64,000 bases of DNA. It comes from the human T2T-CHM13v2.0 reference genome, Homo sapiens. Location of the stretch: the NCBI RefSeq assembly GCF_009914755.1, contig NC_060932.1; one strand, given 5' to 3'. Position 1 is the stretch's first letter. Every line of letters begins with the position of its first letter. A program made the position numbers and the translations under genes. The notes under the pieces are model-generated. The model worked only from the letters and a program-made list of their open reading frames with translations, had not been told where the DNA came from and made no database searches. Shown here in pieces: positions 25,828-39,487 of the stretch.

Positions 25828-26114
25828 TTTTTTTGAGACAACATCTCTCTCTGTTGCCCAGGCTGAAGTGCAGTGGCATGGTCGTGACTCACTGCAGCCT
25901 CGACCTTCTGGGCTCAAGTGATCCTTTCACCTCAGCCTCCAGAGTAGCTGCAACTATGGGCATGCACCACTACACCTGCCTAATTTTTAAATGTTTTTTA
26001 GTGACAGGGTCTCCCTGTTTCCCAGGCTGGTCTCAAGTTCCTGGGCTAAAGTTATCCTCCTGTCTCAGCCTCCCCAAGTGCTGAGATTACAGGCGTGAGC
26101 TGCTGTGCCCAGCC
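25828..26114 (-). mobile_element. AluJ
   Basis: Full diverged dimer. Confidence 0.88.
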
Positions 26115-26679
26115 GAGTCTTTTTTCCTTGGTCTTTTATTCTCCTTCTGATGTGCTTTTAGAATTTTCTCCGTAATCCTATTCAGTTTTCTCGTCTTATA
26201 TAATTAAGTTGAATCTCAGTCAGAACTTCTGGGCCAAATAAAATACTGTCCTAGATCTGAGGCTGCATTGTGCAAAGACCCTGGATTCATATTTTGGGGA
26301 AATTAACATGGACTGAATTCATACAATTTTTAGAAAATAAAGTCATAGCCAATTTCAAATTTGATTATTTCTTAAAGTAAGGATATCATAAGGTAATAAC
26401 AAAAGTACACAGTAGCACATTCTGATTTATGCAAGTTTGTGTGTATTTTTGTGTGTTTGTATGTGTGCATGTATAATTTCACTTAACATTTATGACAGTC
26501 TTGCACAGGAATCTTACTTCCTTTCACACAACCACACTGCCTGCAGCAAAACTATTTTGCACTGAGAAGCACATTTAATACTATATTATTAAATATGAGA
26601 ATTCTATTTTATCTCCAGCAACAAATTCTTCTTGGCAATGTTTCCAGTGAAAGTGTATCCGAAGTTGCAGTCAAATCTT

Positions 26680-27392
26680 TTTTTAATTTTTTCATTTCCA
26701 ACTTTTATTTTAACTTCAGAGGTACATGTGCAGGATGTGCAGGTTTGTTACATAGGTAAGTAAACAGGTGCCATGGTGGTTTGCTGCAGATCATTCCATC
26801 ACCCAGGTATTAAGATCAACATCCATCAGCAATTCTTTCTGATCTTCTCCTCCTCCCAACCCCCTCTGACAGGCCCTAGTGTTTGCTGTTCCCCTGCATA
26901 TGTCCATTTGTTCTCATCATTTAGCTCCCACATATAAGTGAGAACATGTCATATTTGGTTTTCTGTTTCTGTGTTAGTTTGCTTAAGATAATGTCCTCCA
27001 GTTCCATCCATGTCACTGCAAAAGACATGATCTCATTTCTTTTTATGGCTGCATAGTATTCCACGTTGCTTATATACCACATTTTCTTTATCCAGTCCAT
27101 CACTGATGGGCATTTAGGTTGATTCCATGTCTTTGCTATTGTGAATAGTGCTGCAATGCAGACAGTGGATGTGTCTTTTTAATGGAACAATTTCTATTCC
27201 TTTGGTTATGTTCTTAGTAATGGGATTGCTGGGTCAAAAGGTATTTCTGCTTCTAGGTCTTTGAGCAATCGCCACACCCTCTCTTACAACAGTTGTACTA
27301 ATTTATACTCCCACCAATAATGTAAAAGCATTCCTTTTTCTCCACAGCTTTGCCATCATCCATTGTTGACTTTTTAGTAATAGCCATTCTGC
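26680..27392 (-). mobile_element. 5'-truncated older L1PA
   Basis: L1 3' UTR antisense; perfect 14-bp TSD tgcagtcaaatctt at 26666 and 27393. Confidence 0.92.
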
Positions 27393-29654
27393 TGCAGTCA
27401 AATCTTATGCCCCTTGATTTTCTACTCCTGAAAATCCGTTCTCATTTTTCCCCATTCTTGTTACTAGTGATTAGCAGAGAGCCTGGGAAATGGTAAGCAC
27501 TCAATAAATCAACTAACAAAAGTCTTCCACCAAGATTCTGAGCTTAATACATTGTGTAATTTACACTTATCTGGTTGTTTTCTGTAATTCTGCAATACAA
27601 ACATTTACAAAGTCTCCATTTACTAAGTGGACACTGGAGCTAGAAGGATTAACCTCTTTCCCTGCCGTCCAGGGATTCACATCCTAGCTCTAGAGACTGA
27701 CATAAATATAGAAATAAATAATCACTAAAATAAATTGCTAAAATATGAGAACAAGAAAGTACAGAGGAAATGTTTATCAAGAGAAGGCATGAGAAGTTTC
27801 TCAGAGGAGGTGCCATTTAAATCTTGAACTCTAGGCAATTTATCAGATCTATAAAGGAAAAAGAGAAAAAAAAGTCTTCTAGAAAATAACGGAGTTAAAT
27901 AATAGCCTTGCTAAGTCATGAATCCACAAGGGCCATGACATGTTCAGGGAACTGCAAGCAGATCATCAAGACTATGGAAAACCAAAAATTGTTATTTTTC
28001 AATACGTTTAGGTATTTATATATACCATGTTTCATCAAAGATACATACATATTTGTGCATACACAAACTTAGGAGATTTAGAAAAGTATAACACCCCCTA
28101 AAAATGAACATTTAAGAAAATTAGAAAGCAAGAAAGTTCTAGAAACCATAAAGCCATGGGTCAGATGAGACTTGTGAAATTTAAAATATACGGCCCTACG
28201 TGTTTGATAAATATGAGCTCCAAACTGTACTCCAAACTATCTAAGAATAAAAAAGTAAACAAGAAAAGTAAACAGGATTTATATGAGACTCACAGTGTCT
28301 ATAAAGAACAAACATACCATCATGGAAGACAGCAAAACCACATAAACACAACAAAATCAGCCAAGTGAATAAAAATTAATGGTTAAGACTGAGCTGTACA
28401 TACCATCATGGGAGACAGCAAAACCACATAAACACAACAAAATCAGCCTAGTGAATAAAAATAAAAAAGACTGAGAACAGCTCTTTTTGCTTCTGAGACC
28501 TAAAATTTGTACTCAGGATGGTGTTGCTGTTGTATCCAACTAGAGAACCTGTCTGTACCTTTTGCTTGACTCCCACCCTGGGAGCCCCTCAGTACTTCAT
28601 GGCTACAGACTCTTGGCTGCCTGCCCTAACCACACTGCAGTCACACACACAGTCATAAATAAACCCCAGCAGGAAGCGAGACATAGGCTCAAATTAGAAC
28701 ACCCTCTCAACCTTTTCATCAATAACTTTCAGCACTGCTCAGGGTAATGGAAAAATTGTTTCTAACTGAGCTGCATATCATGAGTTTGGAAGCCAAGTAA
28801 TAGCTTGCCTATTCATATCATCACTGAACAAGTTATTTCACCTACTTTTAGAATACTTGAAATACTTTTTTAATATAGATCATAGCATCTTTAAATTTTC
28901 CTTCGAGGGAATTCAGTATCTGAAAACACAGTGGCTTTAGTGACATTGGTTACAGTTTTATCACTGCCTAATCATTAATTATAATTTTTAAAGGTTCTCA
29001 GTTGATTATTTGAGGAACTGTATTTTCCTTACAGAATAATTCCTAGGTATATTGGATGATCTTTTCCGGTGACTAAAGTATATGTAGGGTGTTTGTTACA
29101 ATATTTGTTCTCTTATCCTTTAATTATTTTGTTTGTAATCAATCCAGCATGGAGTAAAAGAAATAAGAGTAAAGTAATATGTATATTTTTTATTTTCTAA
29201 AAATATTGAAAGAGTTCTTCATGTAATAATGGTTCTTGACAAAATGTATCAAGAACCATTTATACCAACCACTTTATACAAACAAAATCTGAACACAGAG
29301 GGAAGGAATCAAGATGTCAGTATTTTAATAAGTTCTAGAGATGAATCTAATGTATACTCTTGATTAAGAAACAAAGATTTAATGGAAATATCTCGGCTCT
29401 AGTTGGCTACCAACATCTTATGCCTACTATTATCTTAAGAGATTAATTGTATGCTGTAAGTATTGATCTTGATTATTCATGCAAATTAGTATCCGAAATA
29501 GCAAAAGTAATTTGATTATAAAAAATTCAAATTCAAAAATATATGTTTGTAATGTCAACTGTTTATCCAAAGAATTTTCAAATTCTAAACATAGGATATT
29601 TAACTGGTGGTACTGCTAAAGCCTCTGACTTTACCTGGAATAAAATTATTATGT

Positions 29655-30207
29655 TTTGTTTTTATTACAGTAGTTTTTGGGGAACAGGTGATGTTTCATT
29701 ACATGGATAAGTTCTTCAGTGGTAATTTCTGAGATTTTGATGCACCTGTCACATGAGCAGTGTACACTGTACCCAATATGTTGTCTTATCCCTCACTCCC
29801 CTCCTAACCTCCTCCAAGTTCCCCAAGTCCCTTATATCATTCTTATGCCTTTGCATCCTCACAGCTTAGCTCCCACTTAGAAGAGCCTAGGATATTTGGT
29901 TTTTCCATTTCTGGGTGACTTCACTTAGAATAATGGCCTCCAGCTCCATCCAAGTTGCTTTAAAAGACATTATTCCTTTTTATGGTGGAGTGGTGTTCCA
30001 TGGTGTACATACATCACATTTTCTTTATCCACTCATTGGTTGATAGGCATTTAGGTTGGTTCTTTATCTTTGCAATTGTGAGTTGTGTTGCTATAAACAT
30101 ATAAACATGCACATGCACATGTACTTGTGCCTTCTTCACAAAATGACTTCATTTCCTTTGGGTAGATAGCCAGTAGTGGGATTGCCGGATCCAGTGGTAG
30201 TTCTACA
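29655..30207 (-). mobile_element. L1PB/L1PA16-type 3' end
   Basis: tttggggaacagg...gtggtaatttctgagattttg...cagtagtgggattgc. Confidence 0.85.
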
Positions 30208-30474
30208 AAGTAAAATGTTTAAAAAAGGCAAATAATCTTGAAAAGATCAGCTTGTAAATAATGAGTAAAAGAAAATATTCAGACTTGAGATTATGATTTC
30301 TCTCCTGGTGGTTGCTGAAAAACTTTATATAAAAATATCAAGCATAAATAAGAAAATATTCATGACTATAGCAGAATCCAAAGCATTTTGGGAAACTCAT
30401 AATAGGTGCAGCACTCTGTTCTTTCATTCATTAGAGGTTCATGCCTATGACCATGCACAAAAGACATGGCTTTT

Positions 30475-31915
30475 TAAAAATAGGCTATATTTTAGAGCAG
30501 TTTTAGGTACTTAGAAAAAAATTGAGCAGAAAGCAGAGATTCTTCCCTGCTCCCACACACAGCCTCCCCCACTATCAACATCTCATACCAGGGTGATATA
30601 CTTGATCATTGATGACTCTCCTTTGTTCCATTATTTTCATCCAATGCCCATAGTTTAAATTAGGGTTTATTCCTGGTGTATCTTCTCTTCTATGGGTTTT
30701 GACAAGTGTATGACGACATGTATCCACCATTATAGTATCATACAGAATAGTTTTACTGCCTTAAAATTCTCTTTTCTCTGCCTATTCATCCCTCCCTCCT
30801 CCCTAACTCCTGGCAGCCATTGTTCCTTTTACTATTAATAGTTTTGCTTCTTTCAGAATAGCATTATCATTGGAATCAAACAGTACATAACCTTTCAGAT
30901 TGACTTCTTTCACTTAGCAATATTCATTTAAAGTTTCTCCATGTCTTTTCAAGCAACATAACTCATGTCTTTTTAGGGCAGAATAAAATTCCAATGTTTG
31001 GATGTCCCTGAGAGTAGCAGAATGTACCACTTCAAACGATGCCACTTTGACATAGGATGACTTCAAACTGAAGTCATTTGAATTACAGCAGGTGCAAGAA
31101 GGGGGCATTCCAATCATCCACCTTTCTTCCTGAAAACAGGAGATTAAAACTCCCATGTGAATGATTTTATCCTTGTATCAGTAGAAAGGAAACATTCTTC
31201 AATGCGGAGTCACAGCTGGGAGGATTCTGTAAAACCAGACCTTGTTAAAATAATGACCTTCCTTTGGCCTCCCCATATAATGTAGTTACTTTCCACAATT
31301 GCTTCTCTTTGTTCAATGTAATAAAGCATGGAGGCTTTGCCACTCTTTGGGTCTTGGTTCCCTGGGAGCTTTATGCGGCTCCCATGCCACATAAAACTTG
31401 TATTGTATAAATTTGTATGTTTCTCTCCTGTTTATCTGTTTTATATCAATTTAATCTTCAGGACCAGTTGAAAAAACAAACTCTAAAGGGACAAGTAAAA
31501 TTTTCACCCCTATGTTCTGCAGTGTATTTATCAATTCACCTACTGAATGACATCTTAATTGCATCCAAGTTTTGGCAATTATGGATAAAGCTTGTATGAA
31601 TATTCCAACTCAAGTTTTTGTGTGGATTTCAGTTTTCAACTCCTTTTGGTAAATCCTAAGTAGTGCTAATGCTGGATTGTTTGGTAAGAGTATGTTTAGA
31701 TTTTTAAGAAACTGCCCATGGTCTTCCAAAGTGGCTGTACCATTTTGCTTTTCTACCAGCAATGAATGAGAGTTCCTGTTGCTCCACATCCTCGTCAGCA
31801 TTTGGTGTTATCAGTGGTCTGGATTTTGGCCATTCTAGTAGTGGTATCTCATTACTGTTTCAATTTACGATTCCTAATGACATATGATGTTGAGCATTTT
31901 TTGTATGCTTATTTG
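30475..31915 (-). mobile_element. L1MC-type 3' region interrupted by an LTR
   Basis: ttttagagcagttttagg... and continuation after 31515. Confidence 0.75.
31009..31514 (+). mobile_element. MER34-family (ERV1) solo LTR
   Basis: tg...cagaatgtaccacttcaaacgatgccactttgacatagg start and ...tttcacccctat end. Confidence 0.65.
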
Positions 31916-33473
31916 CTAGACCTAGGCTTTTGAAGTACCCCAGCACCCTTTACTTTGTTGCAACTGGAGATACTTCACAAATAGATATTATAAATACTGA
32001 CTCAGATGACCTCAAATAACCTCTGCATCAACAATATGTGAAACTTTGTGCAACAGTGTCTCACCACTAAAGCTACATGAACTGTTAGAGTTCTGTTTTC
32101 TTCTTAAAACACAGAATAGAGAAGTAAAGAAGAAAGGTAGCTAGGCTGATACACCTTAGTTTTATACTAAAAAGGGGGTTTTAATGACCCACTAAACTGA
32201 ATGATGTAGTTGTAAGTACATTTAATGAAAAAAGAAAACATCTCTATATTTACCTTGGTTAAAAAGAATTCAATGGTTTAAAGCAAATTGCTCATTTTTC
32301 ACAGTTGTCTTTTTCTCTAGTCTCAGCAAGTACTGAGAAACGGGAAGAAACCCCTAGATAATGTGGGAACCGGAGTGGGTTTAATTTTGGACCCTGGGCT
32401 GTGTGACGCTTTGGCTTGGGTCACAAGGCACTTTGGGGAGTCTGAGAGAGAGAAAGAGAATGCATTGTTGTGCTTCTCTGGCCACTTGCCAACTTTGCCT
32501 CGGACACAGTGCTGTGTGCATCCCTGCAGAAGCTGGAACTAGTCCTAGTGGACTCTGGGATCAATTTAGGGCAATAGAGAAACCTTGTGCAATGTGACAC
32601 CAGAGAAAATGAAACTAACCTCTGGCAGTTGCTTTCTCACTCCACCCCCTCTCAAACCTCCAAAAGGTGTAAGTTTATGTTGTTCACTCTGCTTCTCTAA
32701 GGACAAATGGTGAAAATCTGACTTGAGCTCTATTTCTGGGTGGAGAGTGACTGACTGGTTTTCTGGTCCCCAGGTTTTGACATCTATGAGGAAGATTCAT
32801 CAACTCCCAGCTCCCTAAGCTTTTCCGGTTGATAATATATGATATGCACTTCCCTCCATATGCATTGCTTAGTAGTATAAGTCCCACGCAAAAATGATAT
32901 TGCTTGCCAGAACAGCAATACGTTGAGAAGCACAGACATTTGAAAAGAAAAATATACTGCATTATAGATCCGAATCTAAGCGTAAATATCAAGAGAAGGG
33001 CCAAAAAATAATATACATATTAATAGGAATAATGGATATTTGAAATATGAAACCACAAGAAAAAAATGAATTAAGGAACATTTCAGGTATAGAAAATGGA
33101 AGAGTTGAAATACAGAATAAAATAGGTAGAATGAATAATAGAATAGGTAGAACTGAGGAACAAATCAGCAAACGGGAAAGATCAAATAGAGAAAATTTTC
33201 CAGAAGAAAACAAAAATTAGCAAAGCAATTTTTTAAATAAGAAAGAGTAAAAATTACAGAAGGTAGAAGTAGAAATGCTAAAATTAAAATATGAATCCTA
33301 CAAAAATGGATATTTCCAAAAAATGGACATAAGGAAATACTTGAATAATGGAGATGAATTATTTAGACTTGAGAAAAAAACATGGCAAGGCAAAGAAGAG
33401 AGAAGGAAAAACAAGGCATAAAACAACAATCCTGGCCTCTAAGAACATCATGGCATTATAAAAATATCTGGTT

Positions 33474-33967
33474 CAAAGGATTATAAATCATTCTACTATA
33501 AAGACACATGTACATGTATGTTTATTGTGGCACTGTTCACAATAGCAAAGAACTGGACCCAACCCAAATGCTCATCACTGATAGACTGGATAAAGAAAAT
33601 GTGACACATGAACACCATGGAATACTATGCAGCAATGAAAAAGGATGAGTTCATGTCCTTTGCAGGAACATGGATGAAGCTGGAAACCATCATTCTCAGC
33701 AAACACAAGACCAGAAAACCAAACACCGCATGTTCTCACCCAAAAGTGGGAGTTGAACAATGAGAACACATGGACACAGTGATGGGAAAGTAACACAGCA
33801 GGGCCTGTCGGGGGGGGGGGGCGAGGGGAAGGATAGCATTAGGAGAAATACCTAATGTAGATGACAGGTTGATGGGTGCAGCAAACTGTCATGGCATGTG
33901 TATACCTATGTAAAAAACCTGCACGTTCTACACATGTACCCCAGAACTTAAAGTATAATAAAAAAAT
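33474..33967 (+). mobile_element. L1PA 3' fragment with G12 run at 33810-33821
   Basis: L1PA7/8-type 3' UTR. Confidence 0.88.
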
Positions 33968-34418
33968 CAAAAACAAAGAGAAAATTCTATAATTCTAAGA
34001 GAAATGGATTACCACATAGAAAAAAAGCAAGAGCCCGTTGATCTCAGAATTTTAGAAGGAGAAATAGATTCAAGAATAAAATAAAACAGTAAAGTATTGA
34101 AGTTTCCTTCAATACTAAGTTCTTTTCAGAACTTAGACTCTAGGATTTTACATTCAAATGGTCCCTCAGTTATAATGGTTTAGTTAAAAAATATACTCAG
34201 GAATACAGGGTTACAGAAACATAACTATGTAAAGAACCATTTGAAAAGTATTTTTGGATAAATTAATAAATTAGAATAAAGATAATTTACAATATACTGC
34301 AAGAGACATATGAAACAGAGATAACCAAGTACCTCAATAAAATTATGTATCCTAAACAAAATTATTATAACCAAATAAAACCAGAAATTATATCCATAAT
34401 TATGCTCATTTGAAAGCC

Positions 34419-34628
34419 TAGATCAGTTCTGTGCAATAGAACTTTCTGTGATGAAACTATTCTGTACCTTCACCATTCCATATGGTAGCCAATAATCACA
34501 CAGCTACCAAGCTTGAAATGTGGCTTCTGTAACTGAGAAACAAAATATTTAAATTGTGTTTAATTTTAATTATTTAAATCTTAATAGCCACAAGGAGTTC
34601 ATGGCTACTTTTCAGGCATTATAGGTCT
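34419..34628. mobile_element. MER3-like hAT DNA element
   Basis: caatagaactttctgtgatg...aaatgtggct..gtaactgag...aatagccac. Confidence 0.75.
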
Positions 34629-35597
34629 CAATAATATCAATATGTTGTAGGGCTTGGGGGAAAGCAAGGGATATGAAGCAGGGTGGATAAGTTATAAGAC
34701 AAAGATTGACAGACTAGATAAAATATGGGTACACGTTATTTCTAAATAATACATCTAACATAGAATTTCATGCAAAGACTGAAAACAAACGGATAGCAAT
34801 AGATGTATCAACTCATGTAGGCACCTAATTATCAAATATACATACTTTACAGTGGAAAGCATCATTAGGGATGGAGGAGGTAAGTGATAGAGTCACTGTA
34901 TAATTTTAAAAGGTACAATTTGCAAAGACAATATAGAGTTTTACATATCTTTATAACGAATAAATTTATAAAATTACAAGGAGAAGTTCATGTATCCACC
35001 TTCACTGTGTCAGATTCAACATTTCCTTTTTGGTTGTGAATAGTGCAAATAGGCAAAAAGCTAGGAAGAATATTTAGGCAAGCTGAATAATACAATTGTC
35101 AACCTAGAGCTACTGTACATATGCACCCAATAACAAGTAAAAACATCTATAAAAGTATTACAGTATATAACCAAAAATACAATAAAAGAATTAAAAATAC
35201 TAAGAATATTTTAATAATAAAAGGAGGCAGGGAAGAAAAAGAGAAATAGAAAATAATGCAAAAAATGGAGAGAGATAAGAAAATAAATGCAAAAAAGGAG
35301 AGAGAAAAAGCAAAATAGCATATCCCCTCATCGTACCAATAATTATATAAAACACAAATTGGCAAAGCAACTAAAATAAAAGGTAGACACATTTTAGAAA
35401 CAGTTTTAAAAAGACTGGGTTAAACCCTGACAAAAATATATTGTGTTAATGTAAAGATAAAATTGAATGTAAAAAGACATACTATGCAAATATTCCTTAG
35501 AAGGTGATGTGACTATAGGAATACCAGAAAAATTAGATTTTAGTAAAAAAAAAATATATATATCTTAATATATATATTTTTTATGTATTTGTTAGAG

Positions 35598-35602
<5 letters not shown>

Positions 35603-35654
<52 letters not shown>
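35603..35654. repeat. (AT)26 microsatellite
   Basis: Pure dinucleotide run. Confidence 0.95.
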
Positions 35655-35657
<3 letters not shown>

Positions 35658-36145
35658 TGGAAATAAAGAGCAGCATTTCCTACTAATTAATTCATCACGA
35701 AGACATGATAATTCCAAATGTTATATGCTTGATAATAAAACTTAAAAAGCTAGGGGCCTAGCTAGTTCCCTCCAGTCCTTTTATAAAAGCACTAATCAAT
35801 TCCTGAGTGCTCCATCCTCATGACCTAATCACTTTTCAAAGGTGACACCTTTTAACAACATCGCATTAGGTATTGCATTTTAACATAAAGTTTGGAAGGG
35901 ATGCAAACATTCAAACCAAAGCAGGCATTCATTATTTAAAAACACTTCAGAAAAAAATAAGAATGGAAGGGAACTTTCTAAACTTGGTAACATTGACCAA
36001 AAACCTACAGTTAATATTAAATCTAATGATAAAAGATTGAATGGTTTTGTCTTAAAACTGGGAACAAGGCAAGGACATTTACTCTCAACACTTTTATTCA
36101 ACAATGGGCTGGAAGTTTTAGCCAGTGCAATGAGTCAAGAAAAGT

Positions 36146-36181
36146 GGGGGGTCGGGGGGGGGTGGGGGTGGGGGGTGGGGG
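36146..36181 (+). other. G-quadruplex-forming sequence G6 TC G9 T G5 T G6 T G5
   Basis: Five G-tracts with 1-2 nt loops. Confidence 0.85.
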
Positions 36182-38349
36182 TAGAAAGCAACCATATGAT
36201 AGATGAAATAAAACTCTACTGTTTGCAGATGACATGATGGTCTATTTAGAAAATCCCAAAGAATCTACCAAAAAAATCCTAGAGCCAGTAAGTGAGGTCA
36301 ACAGGTTACAGATTACAAGATGAACACAGAAAAATAAATTATATTTTTCTATATGAGTAATGAATATAAGAAAACCGAAATGAAAATACAATGCCATTTA
36401 TAATTTTTTTTAATACTCAGATGTAAATCTAACAAAATATATCCAGGATGTATAACCCTGAAAACTACAAAATGCTGATAAAGTAAATCAAAGAAGATTT
36501 AAATAAATGGGGAAACATTCCCTATTCATGGTTTGGAAGACTAAACATAGTAAAGATATCAATTCTTTGCGAATTAATATATAGGTTTAGCACAATTCCT
36601 ACAAAAAGCTCATCAGGAATTTTTCTGCATAGAGATAAGATTATTCTAAAATTTACATGAAATGCATAGGATCTAATATAACTAAAACATTCTTGAAAAG
36701 GGAGAATAAAGTGAGAAGCATCAGTTCACTTGATTTTAAGACATATTATACATATATACAGTAATCTAGTTGTAATGTATTGATGGAGGAATAGACATAT
36801 AAATGAAATCAAATAGGCAACTCAGAAATAGCCACATGCAAACACATCTGATTTTGAAAAGAGGGCAAAAGCATTTCAATAGAGAAGAGATTTTCCAGTA
36901 GTGCTGGAGAGAATAAACATTTATAAGCAAAAAGGAAAACAAACCTCAATTTGAACTTCACAACTTATACAAAAATTAGCTCAAAATTGACTACAGACTT
37001 AAATATAAAATACAAAACTATAAACTCTGACAAAAATACGTAGAAAAAAACTTCAAAATCTGGAATGAGGCAAAGAGTTCTTAGATTTAAAACCAAAGAC
37101 ACCATCTATAGAAGAAAAAATTGATAAACTAGACTTCATCAAAATTAAAAACATTTATTCTGTAAAAATCTGTTAAGAGAATGAAAAGACAAGCTACAGC
37201 CTAGAAGAAAATGCTAGCAAGGCACATAACTGACAAAGGATGAGTATCTAGAATATAAAAAGACTCACAACACAGCAGTAAAAAAAAAAAATCTAATTAG
37301 AACATTGGAAAAAGACATGAAGAGACATTTCAATGAAGAAGATACATGGATGGAAAATAAGCACATGTGCAAAATCACGGTCAAATTTAAACCACAGTGA
37401 AAAATCCTAAACACCAATCAGAACGGCTAAAATGAAAAATAGTGACAACACTGAAAATAAGCAAGGATGCAGAGAAACTGGATCATCCGTATGTCGCTGG
37501 TGAAAATGGTAAAATGGTACAGATTCTCTGAAAAATGGTTTGGCAAGTTCTTAAAAAAAAAACACAAAAAACAAATACAGCTAACCTGATGCTGCAATTA
37601 CACTACTGGGTGTTTATCCTGGAGAAATAAAAATATATGCCACGCAAAAAAAAAAAAAAGAATGCCATGAATAGGGATAGCAGATTTATTTGTAATAGTA
37701 AAAAATAGAAAACAATCCAGATGCCTCTAAATGGGGGAATCATTAAATGAACTGTGATGCATTCATGCTATGGAATACCACTCGGAAACCAAATGGAGTG
37801 AACTATTATATACAACACCGGATGAATATTCAGAGTGAAAGAGAACAATCCCAAAAGCTTACATACTGTATGATTCCACATACATTTTTTAAATGACAAA
37901 ATTGTAGAAATGGAGTAGATTAGTGGTTGCCGGGGGTTGAGGAGGGTGTGAGGTGGGTAGAAGTGGGTGTGGCTATAAAAGGGCAACAGGAGGCATCCTT
38001 GTGGTGACGGAATTATTTTGTATTGTAACTGTACCAATGTCAGTGTTTTGATTGTGATATGGTACTCGGGTTTTGCAAGATGTTACCATTGGGAAAAATG
38101 AGTAAAAGGTATATGAAATCTCTTCATATTATGTCTTACAACTGCATATGCAAGTACAGTTATTTCACTATAAAAAAGTTAATCTTAAAAACACAAAACT
38201 GACTCTAGAAATTCTAATTCCCTTATATATATCTACAAATTGAATTTTAATTAAAAACTTTTCTCACAAATAAAATTCTTGCTCACATGGTTTCACTGAT
38301 AAATCCTATTCAAAATTAATGAAGAAACTATCAGAATAAAAGAATATCC

Positions 38350-39487
38350 TAAAGACTTAAACATAAGACCTAAAACCCTAAAAACCCTAGAAGAAAACCT
38401 AGGCAGTACTATTTGGGACATAGGCATGGGCAGACTTCATGTCTAAAACAGCAAAAGCAGTGGCAACAAAAGCCAAAACTGACAAATGGGATCTAATTAA
38501 ACTAAAGAGCTTCTGCACAGCAAAATAAACTATCATCAGAGTGAACAGGCAACCTACAGAATGGGAGAAAATTTTTCCAGTCTACCCATCTGACAAAGAG
38601 CTAATATCCAGAATCTATAAAGAACTTAAATTTACAAGGAAAAAAAAAAACAACCCCATCAAAAAGTGGGCAAAGGAAATGAAGGGACACTTCTCAAAAG
38701 AAGACATTTATACAGCCACAAAACATGAAAATAGAGCTCATCATCACTGGTCATTAGAGAAATGCAAATCAAACCACAATGAGATACCATCTCACGTCAG
38801 TTAGAACGGCGATCATTAAAAAGTCAGGAAACAACAGATGCTGGATAGGATGTAGAGAAATAGAAACGCTTTTATACTGTTGGTGGGAGTGTAAGTTAGT
38901 TCAACCATTGTGGAATACCATGTGGCAATTCTTCAAGGATCTAGAACCAGAAATACCATTTGACCTAGCAATCCCATTACTGGGTATGTACCCAAAGGAT
39001 TATAAATCATTCTACCACAAAGACACATGCACACGTATGTTTACTGCGGCACTATTCACAATAGCAAAGACTTAGAACCAACCCAAATGCCCATGAATGA
39101 TAGGCTAAAGAAAATGTGGCACATATACACCATGGAATACTATGCAGCCATGAGAAAGAATGAATTCATGTCCTTTGTAGGGACATGAAGCTGGAAACCA
39201 TCATTCTCAGCAAAGTAAAACAGGAACAGAAAATCAAACACTGCATGTTCTCACTCATAAATGGGAGCTGAACAATGAGAACACATGGACACGGGGAGGG
39301 GAACATCACACCCCCCTGTTGGGGGGTGGGCTGGGGGGCTAGGGGTTGGGATAGCATTAGGAGAAATACCTAACGTAGGTGACAGGTTGATGGGTGCAGC
39401 AAACCACCATGGCACATGTATACCAGTGTAACAAAATTGCACGTTCTGCACATGTACCCCAGAACTTAAAGTATAATAATAAAAAAG
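38350..39487 (+). mobile_element. 5'-truncated L1PA (about PA7/8)
   Basis: ORF2 C-terminal peptides (38541..39075); TSD-like aaaagaatatcctaaaga / aaaaggatatactaaaga. Confidence 0.92.

Noticed and set aside
38541-39075. L1 ORF2-like ORFs as an active element (also 20862..21101)
   Set aside because: 5'-truncated, frameshifted fragments without promoter, ORF1 or RT core.
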